Below are positions 18,666-28,785 of a stretch of DNA of 64,000 nucleotides, piece after piece; within the stretch, counting starts at the first letter, position 1; every line of letters starts with the position of its first letter. The DNA comes from Candidatus Altimarinota bacterium. GTDB taxonomy: Bacteria; Patescibacteriota; Gracilibacteria; 1-14-2-50-48-13. The notes under the pieces were generated by a model. That model saw nothing but the letters and a program-made list of their open reading frames with translations, did no database searches and had not been told where the DNA came from. Made by a program: the position numbers and the translations under genes. The stretch is from positions 992,001-1,056,000 of the forward strand of contig JBKBWQ010000001.1 of assembly GCA_046314355.1 (NCBI GenBank), given 5' to 3'.

Positions 18666-19679
18666 ATGGAAATATTTTTCACTATTTTTGGAGTCCTGGC
18701 ATTCATACTTTTATACATGCGTATCAACGCATTAGGCAAAGAAAAAGATACTGTTCAAAAGGAGTTATCACAAATGAGAACACTACTTGATACAAAGCTC
18801 TATCAGCAGACAAATACAATAGACACGCGTATTCAGGCAAGTACGAACAATATGCTAGAGCTTACACGTACTATGGCTGAGGTAAAAGAATCCAATAAAA
18901 AGATTCATGAGCTTGGAAAAGATATTGCTTCACTAAGTGATATTTTAAAGTCCCCGAAACTTCGGGGGAATCTTGGAGAGTATCTATTAGAAGAAGTACT
19001 TAAAAATTATCTACACCCTGAACAATTTTCTCTTCAATACGGCTTTAAAAGCGGAGAGAAGGTTGACGCTTGTATTCATCTTTCTGGATCTCACATCCTC
19101 TCTATAGATTCCAAGTTTCCACTTGAGAATTTTCAGAAGTACCTTAATGCAGATGAGAGTGATAAAGATGCCTATTACAGACAGTTTTTGAGAGATGTGA
19201 AAAAACATATTGATGCTATCTCTACTAAGTATATTCTCCCCCAGGAACAGACCTTTGATTTTGCTCTTATGTATATACCGGCAGAAAGTATTTATTATGA
19301 TCTTATGGTGTCTGGACAGGAGTCTGAGTTAACCACTTATGCATTTAGCAAAAAAGTCATCCCTGTTTCCCCTTCAACCTTATTTACATACGTACAAATA
19401 CTTCTTTTAGGCTTTAAAGGTTTGAAGATTGAGGAAAACGCAGAGAAAATACTCCGTAATATATCTCAGCTGCAAAAGTATATTGAGAATATGAGTATAG
19501 AGTTTGATAAATTAGGCAAGCATCTTGGAAATGCCCAGGGAAGCTACCAGGCGACAACAAAAGCACTCTCCCGGGTAACACTTGTAAGTGACGCAATGGA
19601 GAAAGAGATCGAGGAAGAAAAGCCTGAACTAGAATTACCCGCTGCCCGAAAGGAGAATATCCAAGTCGAAATACTATAG
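18666..19679 (+). CDS. rmuC: DNA recombination protein RmuC
   Basis: N-terminal TM and coiled coil, RGNLGE, IDSKFP, KYI, FALMYIPAE, VSPST. Confidence 0.93.
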   Translation: MEIFFTIFGVLAFILLYMRINALGKEKDTVQKELSQMRTLLDTKLYQQTNTIDTRIQASTNNMLELTRTMAEVKESNKKIHELGKDIASLSDILKSPKLRGNLGEYLLEEVLKNYLHPEQFSLQYGFKSGEKVDACIHLSGSHILSIDSKFPLENFQKYLNADESDKDAYYRQFLRDVKKHIDAISTKYILPQEQTFDFALMYIPAESIYYDLMVSGQESELTTYAFSKKVIPVSPSTLFTYVQILLLGFKGLKIEENAEKILRNISQLQKYIENMSIEFDKLGKHLGNAQGSYQATTKALSRVTLVSDAMEKEIEEEKPELELPAARKENIQVEIL

Positions 19680-19686
19680 AAAATTT

Positions 19687-20184
19687 ATGAGTACCAAGCT
19701 CTCAACGTTGAAAACTTTTCTATCAAGTAAAGACTGTTTTACTCTCGATGATTTCAAAAGCTTTCCTGCTGTATTACATTTAGCTGTCTTTAAAGAACCA
19801 TTTTTAAGTTTGATCTTTAGCGGGACTAAAACTTTGGAGTCACGTCTTTCAAAGCACCGTTCTCCGCCTTATCAAAAAGTGTCTCCTGGAGATATTATAC
19901 TTTTAAAAGAATCCTCAGGACCTTTAAAAGGATTTTGCACCGTGAAAAATGTGGTTTATCTTGGTCCTCTTACGACTCAAGAGATGCACATGACTGTAGA
20001 TCAATATAGTAAAGATCTCTGTCTTACAGAGGATTTTAAGAGAGAAAAGAAAGAAAGCAGATATATTTCTTTATTTGAATTAGAAAATATTACTTCAGTG
20101 CATCTAGTCTCTATTATAAAAAAGGATCCTCGTTCCTGGATCAAAATAACAAATCCTTCAAATAACGCTCAGGAGATTTCATAA
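19687..20184 (+). CDS. ASCH/PUA-like domain protein
   Basis: PFLSLIFSGTKTLESR (GxKxxExR), GDIILL. Confidence 0.8.
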   Translation: MSTKLSTLKTFLSSKDCFTLDDFKSFPAVLHLAVFKEPFLSLIFSGTKTLESRLSKHRSPPYQKVSPGDIILLKESSGPLKGFCTVKNVVYLGPLTTQEMHMTVDQYSKDLCLTEDFKREKKESRYISLFELENITSVHLVSIIKKDPRSWIKITNPSNNAQEIS

Positions 20185-20881
20185 AATCTTCCATCAAAGT
20201 AAAGTTTTCTACCTCCTCCTTCTTTTTTCTAAAAATACCTTTTTCAGAGAATTCATAAATCCAAGCATTTGGATAAGAGAGAAGAATAGGGGAGTGGGTA
20301 GCAATAACAAACTGGGATGCTTCCTTTTCACATAGTTCATGGATTCTGGATAGAAGAGTCATTTGTCTTTTTACAGATAAGGCTGCTTCAGGCTCGTCTA
20401 GTATGTAGATTCCTTGTCCTCCAAGCCGGTGTTCAAGAAGAGCTATGAAACTTTCTCCGTGAGATTGATGGTGAAGACTTTTTCCACCATAACTATCTAT
20501 TATTTTTGGCTGCATCACTGGATCATCATCCAGTTCTCGTATATGTGTTGCCACATTGTAATAGCTCTCTGCTCGCAGAAAGTAACTGTCTCTCGCCCGA
20601 ATAATCCCCTTTGCTACAGTTAAGTACATATCTAAGTTTGATGTAGTTTCTTCAGTAGAAAAATTCATATTTCTACTGCCTCCCTCCGCATTTAATCCAA
20701 AGGACTTTGCAAGCGCCTCAAGGAGAGTAGATTTTCCAGATCCATTTTCCCCTACAAAGAATGTAACCTTTGGGTGGAATTCTATCTTCTCAAAGATTTT
20801 TATTGAAGGAATAGTAAAAGGGTACTCGTTTTCGGGATATTCGTCCTTTTTTCTGATTGAGACTAAATACTGTTCTTTCAT
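20141..20881 (-). CDS. Stand-alone ABC-type ATPase (COG3910-like)
   Basis: GENGSGKST, SHGESF signature, ILDEPE, ATHSP. Confidence 0.9.
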   Translation of the reverse strand: MKEQYLVSIRKKDEYPENEYPFTIPSIKIFEKIEFHPKVTFFVGENGSGKSTLLEALAKSFGLNAEGGSRNMNFSTEETTSNLDMYLTVAKGIIRARDSYFLRAESYYNVATHIRELDDDPVMQPKIIDSYGGKSLHHQSHGESFIALLEHRLGGQGIYILDEPEAALSVKRQMTLLSRIHELCEKEASQFVIATHSPILLSYPNAWIYEFSEKGIFRKKKEEVENFTLMEDFMKSPERYLKDLLF

Positions 20882-20884
20882 ATA

Positions 20885-21403
20885 TTATTTTGGAAAGTGG
20901 ACCCAATCTTTTACTTTCTCTAAACTTAATTCCAATCTGTCGGAGAATTCCTCATCTTTAATATGTAGTGATATATCATTATTAAAGTGTTTCAAAAACT
21001 CTTCGTGTTGTTCGTAGAGTAGAGTTATGCGTTCAGTGGAATCGGCATATCCTTTTGCGATATAGAGTTTTTCAAAAAATGTACGACTTAAATCAATACT
21101 GATAATAAAAATATTATAATCATTCTCTATAAGTATCTGTTTCAAATATTCCCAGCGCCCATCAATGCTTGAGGCAAAGACAAAAGAATATTCTGATGTA
21201 AGTAGATCATACATCCTTTTATCTCTTTTAATAGCAAACTCATTCTGATCCACATCAAAATTCATATGATCCTCAATTAGCTCTGCCATAACTGCATCAT
21301 TATCAAAAATAGGTACTCCCAGGTTACAGCTAAGAAACTGGACAATAGGTATTTTTGAACTCCCTACCATTCCTGCAAAAAGAATACAGAATTTCTTAAT
21401 CAT
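20885..21403 (-). CDS. Small P-loop kinase-like protein
   Basis: ILFAGMVGSSKIP, a degenerate Walker A; size of a nucleoside-kinase fold. Confidence 0.55.
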   Translation of the reverse strand: MIKKFCILFAGMVGSSKIPIVQFLSCNLGVPIFDNDAVMAELIEDHMNFDVDQNEFAIKRDKRMYDLLTSEYSFVFASSIDGRWEYLKQILIENDYNIFIISIDLSRTFFEKLYIAKGYADSTERITLLYEQHEEFLKHFNNDISLHIKDEEFSDRLELSLEKVKDWVHFPK

Positions 21404-21411
21404 AAAAATAT

Positions 21412-23091
21412 TTACGAATTAATCCTCACATCTACCATCCTGACCTGCAGACTCTTTTTCCCCTGCCACTCATTAATATCCAGCTGAAAAGCGATGTCTA
21501 GACTTTTGTTTTTCATATCCTCTACATATTCTCCAAAGCTGAATCCTACTCCTCTAATACCATTTTGGAGTTCAAAAGATAGATGTTTTCCCTCAGCTCC
21601 CATAGTACGAAGTCCTAAAAGTTCAATACTCTCGAGTACAAAAGTTGGTTTCTCATTTCCAATACCAAAGGGTTCTAGCGTTGTCAGTTCGTCAAAAGTC
21701 TGCCAGGATAATTCATCTAACTTGATATCCGATTCAAGTCTTAATTTTCCTTTTAGCTCCTTATCTCCAAGTTCTCTTTTAGCTATTTCAAAAAGCTTTT
21801 CTCTCATCAAAGGATAGTGCTCTTTTTTGATACTAAATCCGGCTGCTCCAGGATGACCCCCAAAGTGTTCAAATAAATCTCCTACTTCAGTAATAGCTTC
21901 AATGATATTGAATTCTTCTACACTTCTACAGGAAGCGACTAAGTCATCTCCTTTATCTGCTAGTACTATCACTGGCTTTGCAAATTTTTCTACCAAACGG
22001 CTCGCAATAAGACCATTTATACCAGAATTCCAGTTAGGAGAATCTACAATGATCATTTTTTGTGTTCCGTCTTCCTTTGCCAAACGTTCCATCGCTTCCT
22101 TTGAAAAATCCTCTGTAATTGTTCTTCTTTCTGCATTCAAAGCATGAAGCTTTTTTGCAATTTCATCAACGCTATCTGTCGTATTGAGAAACAAATGAAG
22201 TGCATCGTATGCAGAGTCTAGACGTCCAGCGGCATTGAGTCTAGGAGCTATCATAAAGGCTACCCCAATAGCATTCAGAGACTTTGGGTCTACTCCTGCC
22301 ACGTCCATAAGTACCTCTAGTCCTCGTATTGGTTCTTCCCGCATGCCTTGAAGACCAATCTTTACCATAGCTCTATTCTCTCCTATCAGAGGAGTACAGT
22401 CTGCAATCAATCCAATAATCGCAATCTGGTAAAGATTCTTTACAAAAGCATTTCTCTCTGCTCTGTCTAGAATAAATGCACTTCCTAAAGCCTCGGCAAG
22501 TTTAAGAGCCACTCCAGATCCAGATAATTCTTTAAATGGATATGGACAGCCTTCAAGTTTGGGATTGAGTGTAGCAACAGCTTTTGGAAGCTTATCCTTT
22601 GGGGGAGGAGTATGATGATCTGTAACTATGATGTCCATTCCTAAATCATTTGCATAAGCTATTTCACGAGCTGCAGCGATACCGTTGTCTACAGTGATAA
22701 GAACTTTTACATTCAGCTCCTTGAGTTCATCAAGAAAATAATTCTTTAAGCTATAGCCATCTTTCAAACGATGCGGTATACGGTAGGAAACCTCTGCACC
22801 AATCTTCTTCAGCATACGTACAAGTACTGCAGTAGCTGTTACACCGTCTGCATCGTAATCTCCAAATATAACTATTCTTTCTTTATCCTTAATCGCTCTG
22901 TCTATTCTGTCTACTGCTTTCTCCATATCTTCCATCAGGAAAGGGTCATGGATACATTCCTCCGGAGAGGGCAGCAAAAAGCCTTCTCTATCTGATTCAG
23001 AGAATATACCTCTATTCTCGTAGATCTTTGTCATTACATCCTTCTCAGGATCTCTCTGCTTTATTATCCAAGTCTTATTTAAAAGTGACAT
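21412..23091 (-). CDS. recJ: ssDNA exonuclease RecJ
   Basis: GDYDADG, TVDNG, TDHH, PRLNAAGR, GGHPGAAG, LEPFGIGN. Confidence 0.98.
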   Translation of the reverse strand: MSLLNKTWIIKQRDPEKDVMTKIYENRGIFSESDREGFLLPSPEECIHDPFLMEDMEKAVDRIDRAIKDKERIVIFGDYDADGVTATAVLVRMLKKIGAEVSYRIPHRLKDGYSLKNYFLDELKELNVKVLITVDNGIAAAREIAYANDLGMDIIVTDHHTPPPKDKLPKAVATLNPKLEGCPYPFKELSGSGVALKLAEALGSAFILDRAERNAFVKNLYQIAIIGLIADCTPLIGENRAMVKIGLQGMREEPIRGLEVLMDVAGVDPKSLNAIGVAFMIAPRLNAAGRLDSAYDALHLFLNTTDSVDEIAKKLHALNAERRTITEDFSKEAMERLAKEDGTQKMIIVDSPNWNSGINGLIASRLVEKFAKPVIVLADKGDDLVASCRSVEEFNIIEAITEVGDLFEHFGGHPGAAGFSIKKEHYPLMREKLFEIAKRELGDKELKGKLRLESDIKLDELSWQTFDELTTLEPFGIGNEKPTFVLESIELLGLRTMGAEGKHLSFELQNGIRGVGFSFGEYVEDMKNKSLDIAFQLDINEWQGKKSLQVRMVDVRINS

Positions 23092-23228
23092 AGTGCGTTG
23101 TTATCATTCTCTTTTATCTTAAGCATTCTCTGTGTAATGTAAACGTATTCAAAATGTAAGTGTATATAATTTCTTACAACATCTAAGAATATAAGAATAC
23201 TTATCTCTTCTCAAGGATCGTATTTCAA

Positions 23229-24413
23229 TTATACTACCCCTCTATAATCTGGTTCATTCTTATTATGAATATGTATCTGAGCGCTATTCATAGTTTTGAT
23301 AATCCAATTTTTATAAGCCGGTTCAACGAACTCTTTGATATATTTCAAAATAACAATAGGTGAATCACCTTTTCTCTCCATGTCTCGGCGTATTCTTCTG
23401 ATTAACAGTTCAAACATTTCTACTACGACTGCAACCCGGATAATAGTTGAGTGCGGTATGTTAGAAGGATCAGGAGAGAATTCTTCTAATAAATCAAAGA
23501 TTCCTTCTGCAAACAAATATTCTTTTGGTTCAATGTCTTTTGTACCCACAGGGCTGCTTATATTAAAATCATATCTAGGTGATGTAGTCTTTCTACCATG
23601 CAGAAGATCTACCAGACACTGTACAAACTCTTCTGATTTTAAAGCATTAGGATTATCAAAATCAGGCTTTTTACCTTTAAAAATCTTTTCTTTCTTCATC
23701 TGCTTTTTTCCTTTGTAGAAATGATCTGTAGAAAGTTCAACTGCACGGTCTTCATGTCTTGCAAATAAAGCTTTTGTAAGCTTCGTCTTTCCACCAGCGG
23801 ATGGTCCTCCGATAAGTAAGAGCAGTTTACCTAATGTCTCTTCTGGATTTTGGACTTCTAATTCGGCAATGAGATTTTCTATTTGTGCGAGACCTTCTTT
23901 CATACTTACAAACCTATCTTTATAGGTTTCAAAATACACTTCTTCCTCTTCGGTCGCATATTTAAAGTAATTCCGGTCATCCATCGTCAAAGTATCTATC
24001 CACTTTTGACGTGTTTTGCTTCTTGTTTTTGCATGTCCAATAACAGCACCATTTAATACATCTCCCCGTATACTAATTATCTCCAAAAGATCTCCTTTCT
24101 TTTTCAACTTTTCTCTTTCTATTGTGAGATGAATATCTTCCCGAGCTCTCCCCCGGATACTTTGTATAGCTTTTTCTGCTAGCTTCATTTCATAAGTATC
24201 ATTTCTCTTTACATCATTGATAATCAGCGTATCTCCTTGCAAAAGAGCGTATATTTGCTCTTTTGTATTTCCAGCTAACCCAATAGTTAATTTTTCTACT
24301 TTCTCATCTTCATATTGATTTATTTCCAACTCAGCATTGGGACGCAAAGAAGTAGCTGCTCCAGATTCCATACTTGGTAAATTAGTAGGTATTTTATGAA
24401 AAATAACAGACAT
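23229..24413 (-). CDS. Uridine kinase/PRK-family protein with long N-terminal extension
   Basis: GGPSAGGKT, DHFY, FDNPNA, PRYDF, EGIF, RRIRRD in the C-terminal half. Confidence 0.8.
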   Translation of the reverse strand: MSVIFHKIPTNLPSMESGAATSLRPNAELEINQYEDEKVEKLTIGLAGNTKEQIYALLQGDTLIINDVKRNDTYEMKLAEKAIQSIRGRAREDIHLTIEREKLKKKGDLLEIISIRGDVLNGAVIGHAKTRSKTRQKWIDTLTMDDRNYFKYATEEEEVYFETYKDRFVSMKEGLAQIENLIAELEVQNPEETLGKLLLLIGGPSAGGKTKLTKALFARHEDRAVELSTDHFYKGKKQMKKEKIFKGKKPDFDNPNALKSEEFVQCLVDLLHGRKTTSPRYDFNISSPVGTKDIEPKEYLFAEGIFDLLEEFSPDPSNIPHSTIIRVAVVVEMFELLIRRIRRDMERKGDSPIVILKYIKEFVEPAYKNWIIKTMNSAQIHIHNKNEPDYRGVV

Positions 24414-24518
24414 ATGACCATTTTCAAGAGAACATTTTTAATTCTTTTTTCTCTTTTCCTAACCCTAAATTTTAGGTAAGTTTAAAGCATCAGTCCCCAG
24501 TTTTTTGTCTTCACAGTT

Positions 24519-27500
24519 ATGTTCGTACATCTCCATAATCATAGCTACTATTCTCTTCTAGAAGGTCTTTCTAGTCCTGCAAAGCTTGCTGCACGTGTGA
24601 AAGAATTAGGACAGCCTGGCTGTGCTATTACTGATCATGGTGTGATGTATGGTGCAGTTGAATTTTATAAAGCCTGCAAGGAGCAGGATATTACTCCTAT
24701 TATCGGATGTGAAGTGTACGTTGCTGCCACAAACCGTTTTGATAATTCTCCATCTACAGGAACAAAACGTCACAATCTTGTATTAATAGCTGAAAATCAC
24801 ACTGGGTATAAAAATCTTCTTCAGCTTACAACAAAAGCTTTTACTGAAGGATTCTACTATAAGCCTAGAGTGGATTTTGAAATTTTGAAAGAACACTCAG
24901 AAGGGCTTATTTGTCTTTCAAGTGATATCCGAGGAGAAATCTCTCAAAGTATTCTTATGGGAAAGAATGAAGAAGAGCTAAAAGCATTAATTGAGAAATA
25001 TCAGGAAATTTTTGGAAAGGAAAACTATTTTTTGGAAGTAATGGATCATCCCGATATTGAGGATCAGGATAAAGTAAATAAACGTATTATTGAACTCGCT
25101 AAAACCTATGATGTACCTTTAGTAGTGACCAATAACTCTCACTACGCAAAGCCGGAGGATATGGAAGCACATGAGATCATCCTGTGTCTACAGAGTGGAA
25201 AAGACTATGACGATCCTTCCCGTTTTAGTATGCGAAATGGCAATTACTCTCTGCGCTCAGAGGAAGAGCTCCGAGCAATATTTCCAGATATTCCTGAGGC
25301 TTTCGATAATACAGTGAAGATAATGGAGAGATGTCACTATGATTTTCAGTTTGGCGTAAATCTCATTCCAAGCTTCAAAGTCCCTGAGGGAGAAGGTTCA
25401 GAGGAATTATTTTTTAGAAAACTTTGCTGGATAGGAACTATAGAGCGATATGAGCTTCCCTTTAGTGAAGCAGATCTACCTATTCTCGTAAACAAAGCTG
25501 ATAGCGGAGGTCTTGGAAAGAAACTTGGAGATACTTCACCTGAAGAACTACACGAGTTTACTGAGAAATCATATTCTGAAGAGAAAAGAAAGCTTCTTGA
25601 AAACCTTAATGAAAAGCAAAAAGAGATAGTAGACAGACTAGAATATGAAATGTGCGTAATTAATGAAATGGGCTTCTGTACCTATTTTCTTATCGTAAGT
25701 GATTTTATCATGTGGGCTAAGGATAATGGAATTGCCGTTGGACCAGGTCGTGGATCTGCAGCGGGTGCTATCGTTGCCTATGTACTAAAGATTACGGACC
25801 TTGATCCGCTTCCACATAGTTTGCTTTTCGAGCGATTCTTGAATCCTGCCCGAGTATCAATGCCGGATATTGATACGGACTTTGAGGACGTACGACGTCT
25901 CGAAGTACTAGATTATGTGACAGAAAAATACGGTAAACAGAATGTAGCACAGATCTGTACATTCGGATCACTTAAGGCAAAACAAGCAATAAAGGATACA
26001 GGGAGATCTCTCGGAATTCCTTATGGAGAGATGGATAATCTGGTAAAAAAAATTACGGAAAAGCTTGGAACAAAGCTAAAAGACATTATTGCTTTCAATC
26101 CGGAGATAAAAGAAGCAATGCAGAATCCGACATATAAACGTGTCTTTGACCTAGCTGTGAATGTGGAGGGAGTAGTCAGGCAGCTTGGAGTGCACGCATG
26201 TGCAGTAGTTATTTCAGAAAAACCTCTCACAGAATATACTGCTCTGCAGTTTCCGCCGAAGGATAAAAAATATCTCGTAACGGGATATAATGCAAAGCCT
26301 CTTGAAATGCTTGGACTGTTAAAGATGGACTTCTTGGGACTTCGAAACTTAACCATTCTACAGCAGGCAATAAAGGTTATTGAAAGAACAAAGGGTGTAA
26401 CAATAGACCTAGGTAAACTTCCTTTGGATGATAAAAAGACTTATGAACTTTTTGCTAGAGGAGACACAAAGGGTGTCTTTCAGTTCGAGTCGGAGGGTAT
26501 GAGAAAATGGCTTCGTGAGTTAAAATCTACATGTTTTGAAGATATCATCGCCATGGTATCAATGTACCGCCCTGGACCAATGGCATGGATACCTGTCTAC
26601 ATTGGTAAGAAACATAACCTTAAGATTCAGTTTCCGTCCCCAGAAGCAGAGGAGAATTTCAAAAAACTTGAGCTGGTACTTGATAAGTACCCTGATGTTC
26701 GAAAGATTCTTGAGAATACAAATCTTATTCCAATCTATCAGGAACAGATTCTACAGCTTGCACAGAAATTTTCAGGATTTAGTCTTGGTGGAGCAGACCT
26801 CCTTCGAAGAGCGATTGGTAAAAAAATCGCAGAGGAGCTTCTTGCTCAGAAAGAAAAATTCATTGAAGGTGCAAAAGCCATTGGAAACTCACCTGAGGAT
26901 GCAAAGTTTATCTTTGAAAAGGGTATTGAGCCATTCGCAGACTATGGATTTAATAAATCTCACGCTGCCTGTTATGCCCTTATTGCTTATCAGACTGGAT
27001 ATTTGAAGGCCCATTATCCTACGGAGTTCATGACTGCCCTATTAAGCACTGTTGAAGATAACACAGAGAAACTTCTCATACAGATTGAAGACTGTAGCGC
27101 AATGAACATTGAGATTCTACAGCCAGATGTAAATGAATCTCTCGTTCACTTTACAGCAGTGAAAGACGGGCAGATCCGCTTTGGACTTAACGCCATCAAA
27201 GGGTTTGGTCTTGAATCCGCAAGAGAGATTGTAAGGTGCAGAGAAAAAGCTGGAGCATTCACTTCAGTGGAAGATTTTATTAAAAGAGCACCGAAATCTA
27301 TTATTACACGAAAATCCCTTGAAGCATTGATTCTTGGAGGAGCTCTTGATTCCTTAGGTGAAGATAGAAAAGTTTTATTTTCAAATCTTGAAACGCTCAT
27401 TGAATACTCAAAGGAACATCACGATAAAGAGGCAAGAGGACAAACAGATATTTTTGCTGCTTTTGGAGGAGATAGTAGTCAAAATGGTCTTCAATTACAG

Positions 27501-28283
27501 CAATGCGAGAAATCCGTAATACTTGAAAGACTTCATTGGGAAAGACAGTATCTTGGCTTTTATGTTACTGGTCACCCATTACAAGGTCTCAATCAATATA
27601 TTGCCAAAAATGCTAAATTAATCGAAACTTTTACAGAGAAGGATGCTAATAAAAAGTTCGTTATTGTAGGCTTCATATCAAAAGTCAAAAAACTCATGAC
27701 AAAAAATAAGGAGTTTATGGCTTATGTTACTATTGAAGGTACTTCTTCTTCTATTGCTGCAATTGCTTTTCCTAAAGCATATACTCAAAATAACCTTCAC
27801 ATTCAGGAAGAGAAGTTCGTAAAAGTCTCAGGAAAATTTGATATACGTGATGGTGAAGCTCAATTTATCATCTCTGAGATCCGTGGAGTAAATATTGAAC
27901 TTATGATTGAGAATGCCAAAAGAGATAATCTTTTTAATCAAAATGAAAAGAGATCTCTTGGAGTATCTCAGCTGCGCTTTGGAGTGAATGCACCTGAAGA
28001 AGCAGAAAACACAGCTGAAGATTCAGACATTGCCGAACAAATGGTGCAGCAGGCAACAGGAGGAAAGAAACTTGCAGAACATATCAAGATATCTACTGAA
28101 GCGCAGGAGGTACACATTAGTCTAGAAGTTCCTGATGTAGAAATATTAAGTACCCTAAAGAATTCACTAGGAAATATGCAGGGGAAAAACTACTGTGTAA
28201 TTCTAAATATTCAGGGACAAAGAATAAAGACTCCATTCTTTGTGGATTCACAATTACAGCTGGAGGAAGCGTTGAGTACTTAA
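24519..28283 (+). CDS. dnaE: DNA polymerase III alpha subunit
   Basis: HLHNHS PHP domain, GPGRGSAAG, FERFLNP, PDIDTDF, KMDFLGL, YGFNKSH. Confidence 0.98.
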   Translation: MFVHLHNHSYYSLLEGLSSPAKLAARVKELGQPGCAITDHGVMYGAVEFYKACKEQDITPIIGCEVYVAATNRFDNSPSTGTKRHNLVLIAENHTGYKNLLQLTTKAFTEGFYYKPRVDFEILKEHSEGLICLSSDIRGEISQSILMGKNEEELKALIEKYQEIFGKENYFLEVMDHPDIEDQDKVNKRIIELAKTYDVPLVVTNNSHYAKPEDMEAHEIILCLQSGKDYDDPSRFSMRNGNYSLRSEEELRAIFPDIPEAFDNTVKIMERCHYDFQFGVNLIPSFKVPEGEGSEELFFRKLCWIGTIERYELPFSEADLPILVNKADSGGLGKKLGDTSPEELHEFTEKSYSEEKRKLLENLNEKQKEIVDRLEYEMCVINEMGFCTYFLIVSDFIMWAKDNGIAVGPGRGSAAGAIVAYVLKITDLDPLPHSLLFERFLNPARVSMPDIDTDFEDVRRLEVLDYVTEKYGKQNVAQICTFGSLKAKQAIKDTGRSLGIPYGEMDNLVKKITEKLGTKLKDIIAFNPEIKEAMQNPTYKRVFDLAVNVEGVVRQLGVHACAVVISEKPLTEYTALQFPPKDKKYLVTGYNAKPLEMLGLLKMDFLGLRNLTILQQAIKVIERTKGVTIDLGKLPLDDKKTYELFARGDTKGVFQFESEGMRKWLRELKSTCFEDIIAMVSMYRPGPMAWIPVYIGKKHNLKIQFPSPEAEENFKKLELVLDKYPDVRKILENTNLIPIYQEQILQLAQKFSGFSLGGADLLRRAIGKKIAEELLAQKEKFIEGAKAIGNSPEDAKFIFEKGIEPFADYGFNKSHAACYALIAYQTGYLKAHYPTEFMTALLSTVEDNTEKLLIQIEDCSAMNIEILQPDVNESLVHFTAVKDGQIRFGLNAIKGFGLESAREIVRCREKAGAFTSVEDFIKRAPKSIITRKSLEALILGGALDSLGEDRKVLFSNLETLIEYSKEHHDKEARGQTDIFAAFGGDSSQNGLQLQQCEKSVILERLHWERQYLGFYVTGHPLQGLNQYIAKNAKLIETFTEKDANKKFVIVGFISKVKKLMTKNKEFMAYVTIEGTSSSIAAIAFPKAYTQNNLHIQEEKFVKVSGKFDIRDGEAQFIISEIRGVNIELMIENAKRDNLFNQNEKRSLGVSQLRFGVNAPEEAENTAEDSDIAEQMVQQATGGKKLAEHIKISTEAQEVHISLEVPDVEILSTLKNSLGNMQGKNYCVILNIQGQRIKTPFFVDSQLQLEEALST

Positions 28284-28310
28284 GTCCTTAAGGTACTTTT
28301 TCAACTTTGA

Positions 28311-28760
28311 CTATCCTATTTCATCTAGCTGATCAAGCAAAGCCTCTTCGTGTTCTTCTTCAACTCTCTGAGCAACATGCTCCTGCTTTTTCAGCATTTC
28401 TTTCTTTGTCCTTTGTGCTTCATAATTAATCCTCTGTGTGTCTCCAAAGGTCTGGGGAGGAGCAACTGCATACTGCTGCTGTATTTCAATAAGTTTTTTT
28501 CTTTCTGTAGTTAGAATATCACGAAGTTTATCTACCTGCTCCAAAGTCATCAAAGGTAGCAATCGCAGCCAATATTGTTTTTCTTGAAACGTCAAAGAAG
28601 GAGTCTCAAAAAGCATCTGTACCACGTCTGGATATGTTGTAGCAATAATCGGAGATGTAATTGCCTGCAAAGCATGGAGCTCCTGGATCCGAGGATCAAT
28701 TGGAGCGGCTACTGCAGTAGCGCCTGTACTCTGTGCTATTGGTTGTCCCTGAGACTGCAT
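28311..28760 (-). CDS. Hypothetical protein, helical/coiled-coil
   Basis: Fills the gap cleanly on the minus-strand run; EKQYWL..LP.M core. Confidence 0.7.
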   Translation of the reverse strand: MQSQGQPIAQSTGATAVAAPIDPRIQELHALQAITSPIIATTYPDVVQMLFETPSLTFQEKQYWLRLLPLMTLEQVDKLRDILTTERKKLIEIQQQYAVAPPQTFGDTQRINYEAQRTKKEMLKKQEHVAQRVEEEHEEALLDQLDEIG

Positions 28761-28785
28761 AGATGAGAATTATTATATCAAAGAA

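Noticed and set aside
25450-25625. Intein in dnaE
   Set aside because: Too short, with no Cys/Ser start or His-Asn end
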